Of a stretch of DNA of 32,000 bases, positions 16,921 through 32,000 are shown in pieces (the first letter of the stretch is position 1; each line of letters starts with the position of its first letter). Where the stretch lies: the NCBI RefSeq assembly GCF_052908335.1, contig NZ_CM128606.1, one strand, 5' to 3'. The notes under the pieces were generated by a model, which did not search any database, had not been told where the DNA came from, and worked only from the letters and a program-made list of their open reading frames with translations. Both the position numbers and the translations under genes were made by a program.

Positions 16921-17344
<424 letters not shown>

Positions 17345-17349
17345 GAAAC

Positions 17350-17775
17350 TTAATTCTTATCTTTACCAGCGGGCAGTGCACCCAGCGGCTGACCGTCAAA
17401 ACGTTTCATGGAGCCGGAAATAAAACGATACCAGACACCATGACGTTCAGAGCCTGTCGACCATGAGTTAACATCCACCGTGAGATAAACAGGTTTGCCC
17501 TGCAAATCAGGACATGAATTAAAAAATTTAAAATCCTCCTCAGTACAGGAAAATCGCTCATGCTCCTCACGGCGGACTTTTAATTTTCGGTCCTCATACG
17601 GATAGCCAATAACAATGGCATATTTGGGTTTAGCCTCAGGGTTATAATGAGAACCCGTGGGTTTTAACTCCTCATCATTTATGACAGTGGCGTGAATAAA
17701 AAATCCCGCCATTGTCATACCTGCAGTAAAACCCTCAGGGGAAGGAAACGGAAAACTGTCATAAATTTGATTCAT
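17350..17775 (-). CDS. hypothetical protein in the gene-V position (candidate ssDNA-binding protein)
   Basis: 141-aa ORF with a strong SD (GAGGAG, 9 nt upstream), directly after rep. Function is assigned by synteny only. Confidence 0.5.
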   Translation of the reverse strand: MNQIYDSFPFPSPEGFTAGMTMAGFFIHATVINDEELKPTGSHYNPEAKPKYAIVIGYPYEDRKLKVRREEHERFSCTEEDFKFFNSCPDLQGKPVYLTVDVNSWSTGSERHGVWYRFISGSMKRFDGQPLGALPAGKDKN

Positions 17776-17805
17776 AAATCAGACTCCTCAATGTTAAAAA
17801 TTCAG

Positions 17806-20963
<3,158 letters not shown>

Positions 20964-21115
20964 GAAAGGTGAAAAGAAACGATAAAATCCTCCATTACAG
21001 AGGATTAAATTGATAATAAATCGGCTGAATCCCACAACTTACAGCAATTTCTCTATTTTTTTAATTAATCCTAAAATAGAGAGCCCACACATTCAGAATA
21101 AAATTCTACATTCAA

Positions 21116-21161
21116 TAAAAAATGCAGAATAAACCAGACATTCATGTCTGACCTATTCTGC
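21116..21161 (-). terminator. leuO rho-independent terminator
   Basis: Minus-strand compound hairpin gcagaat...cagacat/atgtctg...attctgc (21124-21161) followed by a U-run, starting 7 nt after the leuO stop. Confidence 0.7.
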
Positions 21162-21167
21162 AATCAG

Positions 21168-22112
21168 TTAGCGTTTGCAAATTGAGACTAATTGCTCTTC
21201 CATCCACTGATGGCCTTTATCGCGCCCGGCAGCTTCATGCCAGGAGAGATAACAGGTTCTGCTGTTTTGTTTTAACGGCAGCGGTAATACCTGTAATTCT
21301 AAGGATTCAGCGAACTCTTCAGCCAGCCAACGCGGCGCAATAGCGACCAAATGCGTTTGCGACACCACGCTAAGTACGCTCATCATTGCCATGCCCTGAT
21401 ACGCGATACTGGCTTGCTTATCTACCGTGTCATACCAAGGTTGACTAAATGACGCGAAACGATCGAGCGAAACCGCCGCATGTTGTTCGTTATAAACATC
21501 ATGTTTCAGTAACGGGCCCTTAATTGTTGGATGATTTTTGCTGGCTACCAGCACCATTTCATCTTTAAATAATGGTACGCTGGTAAATTCAGGACGATGG
21601 AAGTCTTCATAACTAATCACAAACTCCGTTTCCTGATAACGCAGCTGATGTTCAGTGTTCTGATTTAATGAAGACTTGAACATAACATGTATATTTGGCG
21701 CAATCTGCTCAATGTGATTATAAATCTGCGAGGTCAGAATGCTGTCTAACGGGCTGCAAACACAAAGATGAAATACACGTTCACTGCTCGCGGGTTCAAA
21801 ACCTGAACCAGGCAATTCATTTTGTACTAGTTGCAATGCCTGACGAACTGAACCAAAAAGTTGAAATGCGCGAGCAGTCGGTTGAATACCACGGCCATAA
21901 CGAACAAAAAGCTCGTCATTAAACATCACCTTCAGGCGTGCAACAGCGTTACTGACCGCAGGTTGCGACATTCCCAGAACATGAGCGGCACGAGTAATGT
22001 TTTGCTCCTGCATCACGGCATCGAAAACGGTTAATAAGTTGAGATCGACCATGCGTAGCTGTGGCTTGCTTAACTCCGCCGTCTCTGGATGATCTGTTTG
22101 TACCTCTGGCAT
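21168..22112 (-). CDS. leuO: LysR-family global regulator LeuO
   Basis: 314-aa product starting [33 protein letters not shown]. The 28-codon track extension was trimmed. Confidence 0.95.
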   Translation of the reverse strand: MPEVQTDHPETAELSKPQLRMVDLNLLTVFDAVMQEQNITRAAHVLGMSQPAVSNAVARLKVMFNDELFVRYGRGIQPTARAFQLFGSVRQALQLVQNELPGSGFEPASSERVFHLCVCSPLDSILTSQIYNHIEQIAPNIHVMFKSSLNQNTEHQLRYQETEFVISYEDFHRPEFTSVPLFKDEMVLVASKNHPTIKGPLLKHDVYNEQHAAVSLDRFASFSQPWYDTVDKQASIAYQGMAMMSVLSVVSQTHLVAIAPRWLAEEFAESLELQVLPLPLKQNSRTCYLSWHEAAGRDKGHQWMEEQLVSICKR

Positions 22113-22708
22113 ACTTAACTCCACTGTCACACTTAACTCCCTTTCCCTTATTGGAATGCAGAGAAATAATCCTCGAGAATATGATTTATCATGCATATAA
22201 AATAAGAAAAAGGAAAATGAGTAAAATTAGGAAAACATAAAGATACGGGTTCTGATAAAAACAGAATCCATTGCCGTGGAATGAGTCATTTACCACAGCA
22301 TAATAATCCATAATGTTTTTGTTGCGAAAACAATCTAATCATAACTACCGCGAATACTCAATCATCTACAAAATGGATTAAATGTGCTTATTTAATAATT
22401 AATTTATATATTTAATGCATTAATTCTTAACATTAATTGATCAATAATATTCACCAAATCAATATCAAAAAAAATCGCAAAACATATAATTCAATACAAA
22501 TCATCAGGATAGGTTTTGCAACGCGTGCATTTTGTCCCCTTTTTCCTCGTTGATTAGATGCAAAAATTTATGCTGAAATATGTCAACCGATGAAAAGCGT
22601 CGGTAGTTAAGCAGAAATTAATATCGCTTACTTTAACCACCGCAGCACAATTAGCTAATTTTACGGATGCAGAACTCACGCTGGCGGGACGTTTTTATTG
22701 CGTCAGGG

Positions 22709-22737
22709 TTGACATCCGTTTTTGTATCCAGTAACTC
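22709..22737 (+). promoter_or_regulatory. leuLABCD promoter
   Basis: TTGACA (22709-22714), a 17-nt spacer, TAACTC (22732-22737), about 35 nt upstream of leuL. Confidence 0.6.
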
Positions 22738-22771
22738 TAAAAGCATATCGCATTCATCTGGAGCTGATTTA

Positions 22772-22858
22772 ATGACTCACATCGTTCGCTTTATCGGTCT
22801 ACTACTACTAAACGCATCTTCTTTGCGCGGTAGACGAGTGAGCGGCATCCAGCATTAA
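22772..22858 (+). CDS. leuL: leu operon leader peptide
   Basis: 28 aa, [28 protein letters not shown], with four consecutive CTA Leu codons. Confidence 0.9.
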
Positions 22859-22878
22859 GCCAGCACGCAGTCAAACAA

Positions 22879-22908
22879 AAAACCCGCGCCATTGCGCGGG
22901 TTTTTTTA
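22879..22908 (+). terminator. leu attenuator terminator
   Basis: Stem cccgcgc/gcgcggg (22883-22889 and 22894-22900) followed by a 7-T run, between leuL and leuA. Confidence 0.85.
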
Positions 22909-22950
22909 TGCCCGAAGCGAGGCGCTCTAAAAGAGACAAGGACCCAAACC

Positions 22951-25613
<2,663 letters not shown>

Positions 25614-25615
25614 TC

Positions 25616-27632
<2,017 letters not shown>

Positions 27633-27639
27633 TCCCCTT

Positions 27640-27663
27640 GCCCGGTCAAATGACCGGGCTTTC
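27640..27663 (+). terminator. leu operon terminator (between convergent leuD and setA)
   Basis: Stem gcccggtc/gaccgggc (27640-27647 and 27652-27659) followed by ttt. Confidence 0.65.
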
Positions 27664-27680
27664 CGCTATCGTCCACGTCA

Positions 27681-28859
27681 TCAAACGTCTTTAACCTTTG
27701 CGGTTAAAAATAATGCGATAACAGAAATAACCGCAATTACCCAGTAGACAGCAAAGTGCCCCCAACTTTGTGCAATTGCTCCCTGAATAACGCCAGCCAG
27801 AATTACCCCGGTAGAAATACTGTTAGTAAATAAGGTGGTAGCTGCCCCCGCTCTTCCAGGCATTAAATCCTGAAACCATAGCATCCCAATACCCGCAACA
27901 ATGCCGATAAATACAGCGTTAAAAAGTTGCAGCGTCATCAACGCCAGACGGCTATGAAATAAAATCAATCCGGTGTAAAACAGTACTCCTGCCGCCACTG
28001 CTATGACCATCATTCGCCGCTTACCATAACGTTTGACATAGTAGCCAGCCAGAATCATTGCTGGTATTTCCAGACCAGCTGCCGTCCCCATCAGGAAACC
28101 CGCCAGTTTGTCTGGCAATCCTAACTCGCTACTGATCCACAACGGCATATCAATAATGTACATGGTGTTGCAGGTCCACATTAACGTCGAGGCGACAAAT
28201 AACATCCGTACGTTACTATCCTGCCAGCCACCTTGCATTGATAAAGCATTTTCCGACGGCAGTTCTACCCGCGCCACAGACGGAAGCATAAATGCAATCA
28301 ATACCAGACTGAGTGTGAATATCCCGGCGGCAATCGAAAACATCACCGTAAAGCCGTAATTCAACGCCAGCATAAAGGCCAACGGTGGACCGATAACCCA
28401 TGCCAGAGAAAGCTGCGCACGCATCACCGAGCTAAACATCACCACTTCTCGCGCCGAGTTATCCGCATATTCCCGCGCCAGAGCAAATAACTGTGGCATT
28501 GCCGTATTGGCCAGAGATGCCAGAAGCACACCACAGGTGATAAGCGTCAGATAATGACGATTAAATGCAAACAATAGCGCATTGCCGATAGCCATCAAAC
28601 AGCAAAATATAATCAGTTTTCGCCGATCGCCCTGACTGTCAGAACGTTTTGCCAACCAGAGGCTTACGCCGATCCCAGCAATAGCATTCACCGTATAAAA
28701 GAGTCCGATCCAGAAAGGTTGCGCGCCAACCTCACGACTCAGAAATAAGCTCAATGTAGGAGCCTGTAGCGCCCCGGCCACCCCCATCATAAAAGCGACC
28801 AGCATAAATGCCGCGTAAACACCGTTCATACGGCGAGCCATCGTCATTATCCAGATCAT
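27681..28859 (-). CDS. setA: sugar efflux MFS transporter SetA
   Basis: 392-aa polytopic ORF starting MIWIMTMARRMNGVYAAFML. Confidence 0.95.
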   Translation of the reverse strand: MIWIMTMARRMNGVYAAFMLVAFMMGVAGALQAPTLSLFLSREVGAQPFWIGLFYTVNAIAGIGVSLWLAKRSDSQGDRRKLIIFCCLMAIGNALLFAFNRHYLTLITCGVLLASLANTAMPQLFALAREYADNSAREVVMFSSVMRAQLSLAWVIGPPLAFMLALNYGFTVMFSIAAGIFTLSLVLIAFMLPSVARVELPSENALSMQGGWQDSNVRMLFVASTLMWTCNTMYIIDMPLWISSELGLPDKLAGFLMGTAAGLEIPAMILAGYYVKRYGKRRMMVIAVAAGVLFYTGLILFHSRLALMTLQLFNAVFIGIVAGIGMLWFQDLMPGRAGAATTLFTNSISTGVILAGVIQGAIAQSWGHFAVYWVIAVISVIALFLTAKVKDV

Positions 28860-28886
28860 ACGTTCCCTTTTTAGCGCGGCGAGAAT

Positions 28887-29113
28887 AAAAAAAACCAGCA
28901 GGTATAATCTGCTGGCGGGTGATTTTACACCAATACTCAGTCACACATGATGCAGGCAAGTCAACTTTCAGAATTGCGGTCATCCCACTGCATCAGTCCT
29001 TCAAGCATGGTTAATCGTTGTGGGACGCTTAACCAACGCAACCAGCACAACTTCGCTGTCGCGGTAAAATAGTGCTGATAAAACTGACGCATGGGGCACC
29101 CCCTTGCTTCATC
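28887..29113 (-). ncRNA. sgrS: dual-function small RNA SgrS
   Basis: The 3' end is ...AGUGUGUGACUGAGUAUUGGUGUAAAAUCACCCGCCAGCAGAUUAUACCUGCUGGUUUUUUUU (terminator U-run ending at 28887). The 227-nt length places the 5' end 67 nt from the divergent sgrR start, matching K-12 spacing. Confidence 0.85.
28961..29092 (-). CDS. sgrT: SgrT, 43-aa PtsG inhibitor encoded inside SgrS
   Basis: MRQFYQHYFTATAKLCWLRWLSVPQRLTMLEGLMQWDDRNSES. This is the C-terminal part of track ORF 28961..29260. Confidence 0.85.
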   Translation of the reverse strand: MRQFYQHYFTATAKLCWLRWLSVPQRLTMLEGLMQWDDRNSES

Positions 29114-29180
29114 GTTAGGAATTATTGACTTAATATAGGGAAAATAAAATTGCTGTCTTTTGCACAGGAGTTCCCCTTTT

Positions 29181-30836
29181 ATGCCATCTGCTCGTCTGCA
29201 ACAACAGTTCATCCGCCTGTGGCAATGCTGCGAGGGTAAATCGCAGGACACAACGCTCAACGAACTGGCAGCGTTATTGAGCTGCTCGCGTCGTCATATG
29301 CGCACCCTGCTCAACACCATGCAGGATCGCGGCTGGCTGACGTGGGAAGCGGAAGTCGGGCGTGGTAAACGCTCGCGTCTGACATTCCTCTATACCGGGC
29401 TGGCGCTTCAGCAACAGCGGGCGGAAGACCTGCTGGAGCAGGATCGTATCGACCAACTAGTGCAGTTGGTTGGCGACAAAGCGACTGTGCGGCAAATGCT
29501 GGTTTCTCATCTGGGCCGCAGCTTCCGCCAGGGGCGGCACATCCTGCGCGTGCTCTACTATCGTCCGTTGCGTAATCTGCTACCTGGCAGCGCATTGCGC
29601 CGTTCCGAAACCCATATTGCCCGGCAAATCTTCAGTTCGCTAACGCGCATAAATGAGGAAAATGGGGAACTGGAAGCAGACATCGCCCACCACTGGCAGC
29701 AAATATCACCGCTTCACTGGCGTTTCTTTTTGCGTCCAGGAGTCCATTTTCATCATGGTCGTGAACTGGAAATGGACGACGTGATCGCCTCTTTAAAACG
29801 AATCAATACGCTGCCGCTCTATTCGCATATTGCTGACATTGTGTCGCCGACGCCCTGGACGCTGGATATCCATCTCACGCAACCGGACCGCTGGTTACCG
29901 TTATTGCTGGGGCAAGTTCCGGCGATGATCCTGCCGCGCGAATGGGAAACCCTCAGTAACTTTGCCAGCCATCCCATCGGCACCGGTCCGTATGCGGTGA
30001 TCCGCAACAGCACCAATCAACTGAAAATTCAGGCATTCGATGACTTCTTCGGTTACCGGGCATTAATCGACGAAGTTAACGTCTGGGTTCTGCCGGAAAT
30101 TGCCGACGAGCCAGCTGGAGGTCTGATGCTAAAAGGTCCACAGGGTGAGGAAAAAGAGATTGAAAGCCGCCTGGAGGAAGGTTGCTACTATTTACTATTC
30201 GACAGCCGCACCCATCGCGGGGCGAATCAGCAAGTCAGGGACTGGGTAAGCTATGTGCTTTCTCCAACTAATCTGGTCTATTTCGCTGAGGAACAGTACC
30301 AGCAACTGTGGTTCCCGGCTTATGGACTGCTCCCCCGTTGGCACCATGCCCGCACCATAAAGAGCGAAAAACCGGCTGGCCTGGAAAGCCTCATCCTGAC
30401 CTTTTATCAGGATCACAGTGAGCATCGGGTGATTGCCGGGATCATGCAGCAGATTCTGGCAAGTCACCAGGTCACGCTGGAAATCAAAGAGATCAGCTAC
30501 GATCAGTGGCATGAAGGAGAGATCGAGAGCGATATCTGGCTTAACAGCGCCAACTTTACGCTGCCGCTGGATTTTTCGCTGTTCGCGCACTTGTGCGAGG
30601 TGCCGCTGCTCCAACACTGTATTCCGATCGACTGGCAAGCCGACGCCGCCCGCTGGCGCAATGGCGAAATGAACCTGGCGAACTGGTGCCAGCAACTGGT
30701 CGCCAGCAAAGCAATGGTGCCGCTTATCCACCACTGGCTGATCATTCAGGGGCAACGCAGTATGCGCGGCCTACGCATGAATACCCTCGGCTGGTTCGAT
30801 TTTAAATCAGCGTGGTTTGCGCCACCGGATCCATGA
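29181..30836 (+). CDS. sgrR: transcriptional activator SgrR
   Basis: 551 aa from [22 protein letters not shown]. The 7-codon track extension was trimmed. Confidence 0.95.
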   Translation: MPSARLQQQFIRLWQCCEGKSQDTTLNELAALLSCSRRHMRTLLNTMQDRGWLTWEAEVGRGKRSRLTFLYTGLALQQQRAEDLLEQDRIDQLVQLVGDKATVRQMLVSHLGRSFRQGRHILRVLYYRPLRNLLPGSALRRSETHIARQIFSSLTRINEENGELEADIAHHWQQISPLHWRFFLRPGVHFHHGRELEMDDVIASLKRINTLPLYSHIADIVSPTPWTLDIHLTQPDRWLPLLLGQVPAMILPREWETLSNFASHPIGTGPYAVIRNSTNQLKIQAFDDFFGYRALIDEVNVWVLPEIADEPAGGLMLKGPQGEEKEIESRLEEGCYYLLFDSRTHRGANQQVRDWVSYVLSPTNLVYFAEEQYQQLWFPAYGLLPRWHHARTIKSEKPAGLESLILTFYQDHSEHRVIAGIMQQILASHQVTLEIKEISYDQWHEGEIESDIWLNSANFTLPLDFSLFAHLCEVPLLQHCIPIDWQADAARWRNGEMNLANWCQQLVASKAMVPLIHHWLIIQGQRSMRGLRMNTLGWFDFKSAWFAPPDP

Positions 30837-30864
30837 TTGCTGGTTGATAACAAAATCACTACAC

Positions 30865-30965
30865 TAACGCCGTTCTCAACGGGGTGCCACGCGTACGCGT
30901 GCGCTGAGAAAATACCCGTCGAACCTGATCCGGATAACGCCGGCGAAGGGATTTGAGGCTCCTTC
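30865..30965 (+). promoter_or_regulatory. TPP (thi-box) riboswitch of thiBPQ
   Basis: ACGGGGUGCC...GCUGAGAAAAUACCCGUCGAACCUGAUCCGGAUAACGCCGGCGAAGGGA matches the conserved thi-box core (GGGGUGC, CUGAGA, ACCUGAUCNGGAUAAUGCC), just upstream of thiB. The ends are approximate. Confidence 0.85.
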
Positions 30966-30999
30966 TCAAGTCCTTTGCCACTCTTTTTTGAGGTGCAAA

Positions 31000-31983
31000 G
31001 TGTTAAAAAAATGTCTGCCCCTGCTGTTGCTGTGCACAGCGCCCGTTTTCGCTAAACCCGTTCTGACTGTTTATACCTACGATTCCTTCGCCGCCGACTG
31101 GGGGCCTGGTCCGGTGGTTAAAAAAGCCTTTGAAGCCGACTGTAATTGCGAACTGAAACTGGTGGCGCTGGAAGATGGCGTTTCGCTTCTCAACCGTCTA
31201 CGGATGGAAGGCAAAAACAGTAAAGCCGATGTGGTGCTGGGGCTGGATAACAACCTGTTAGACGCCGCCAGTAAAACCGGACTGTTTGCCAAAAGCGGTG
31301 TGGCAGCGGATGCCGTTAACGTTCCCGGCGGCTGGAATAATGACACTTTCGTACCGTTTGATTATGGCTACTTCGCCTTCGTTTATGACAAGAACAAACT
31401 GAAAAACCCGCCACAAAGCCTGAAAGAACTGGTTGAGAGCGATCAAAACTGGCGGGTGATTTATCAGGATCCGCGCACCAGTACACCGGGGCTGGGTCTG
31501 TTGCTATGGATGCAAAAAGTCTATGGCGATGACGCCCCACAAGCCTGGCAGAAACTGGCGAAGAAAACGGTCACGGTCACCAAAGGCTGGAGCGAAGCCT
31601 ACGGCCTGTTTTTAAAAGGTGAAAGCGATCTGGTACTGAGTTACACCACCTCTCCGGCTTATCACATTCTCGAAGAGAAGAAAGATAACTACGCCGCCGC
31701 GAACTTCAGCGAAGGTCACTATCTGCAAGTGGAAGTCGCCGCCCGCACCGCTGCCAGCAAGCAGCCGGAGCTGGCGCAAAAATTCCTCCAGTTTATGGTT
31801 TCTCCGGCTTTCCAGAATGCGATCCCAACCGGCAACTGGATGTATCCGGTGGCAAACGTCACGCTGCCTGCCGGTTTTGAAAAATTGACCAAACCCGCAA
31901 CCACGTTGGAGTTCACGCCAGCCGAAGTGGCGGCACAACGTCAGGCATGGATTAGCGAATGGCAACGCGCCGTCAGCCGTTAA
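31000..31983 (+). CDS. thiB: periplasmic thiamine-binding protein ThiB (TbpA)
   Basis: 327 aa from a GTG start (V/MLKKCLPLLLLCTAPVFA signal peptide). The track ORF begins 4 codons upstream. Confidence 0.93.
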   Translation: MLKKCLPLLLLCTAPVFAKPVLTVYTYDSFAADWGPGPVVKKAFEADCNCELKLVALEDGVSLLNRLRMEGKNSKADVVLGLDNNLLDAASKTGLFAKSGVAADAVNVPGGWNNDTFVPFDYGYFAFVYDKNKLKNPPQSLKELVESDQNWRVIYQDPRTSTPGLGLLLWMQKVYGDDAPQAWQKLAKKTVTVTKGWSEAYGLFLKGESDLVLSYTTSPAYHILEEKKDNYAAANFSEGHYLQVEVAARTAASKQPELAQKFLQFMVSPAFQNAIPTGNWMYPVANVTLPAGFEKLTKPATTLEFTPAEVAAQRQAWISEWQRAVSR

Positions 31984-32000
31984 TTCCCGGCTGGTTAATT
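31959..32000 (+). CDS. thiP: thiamine ABC transporter permease ThiP, first 14 codons only
   Basis: ATG at 31959 translates MATRRQPLIPGWL. It overlaps the thiB 3' end and runs off the window. Confidence 0.8.
   Translation, partial: MATRRQPLIPGWLI

Noticed and set aside
20986-21075. Short inverted repeats in the host spacer next to the junction (aatcctc/gaggatt at 20986-21006; tctctatttt/aaaatagaga at about 21044-21075)
   Set aside because: These belong to the native AT-rich leuO-ilvIH regulatory spacer (Lrp/H-NS-type DNA), not to the element, and nothing about them is unusual.

Overview
Escherichia coli chromosome, the K-12 '2-minute' region in reverse orientation. The gene order is mraY'-murF-murE-ftsI-ftsL-rsmH-mraZ (dcw cluster, minus strand), cra, ilvIH, [about 9.9 kb insertion], leuO, leuLABCD, setA, sgrS/sgrT, sgrR, thiB-thiP'. 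Core genes were recognised from their translated products and spacing, and several ORF-track starts were trimmed to the known N-termini. The only accessory DNA is about 11073-20957, inserted between leuO and the ilvIH promoter. It is an apparently intact Ff-like filamentous (inovirus) prophage, with all genes on the minus strand. In order these are an IS110/Piv-family DEDD recombinase, a large HUH/gpA-like Rep, a pV-position protein and a small TM ORF. Then come the pVIII major coat with its terminator, a small ORF, pIII with a Gly-Thr/Gly-Ser linker, pVI, the pI/Zot ATPase and the pIV secretin. Last come an intergenic region with an 80-nt hairpin and a very AT-rich moron encoding a single-HKD PLD-family nuclease-like protein. 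The most interesting hypothesis is that this phage is the cargo of an IS110-type (bridge-RNA-guided) recombinase. The recombinase is the first gene of the phage operon and sits 2 nt from rep. About 180 nt of structured non-coding DNA lies between it and the element end, and part of that DNA is complementary to the junction. The element is flanked by CAG/CAG, and circularisation would build a sigma70-like promoter across the joined ends. All functional calls are from reading the sequence and recalling protein families. No searches were run.
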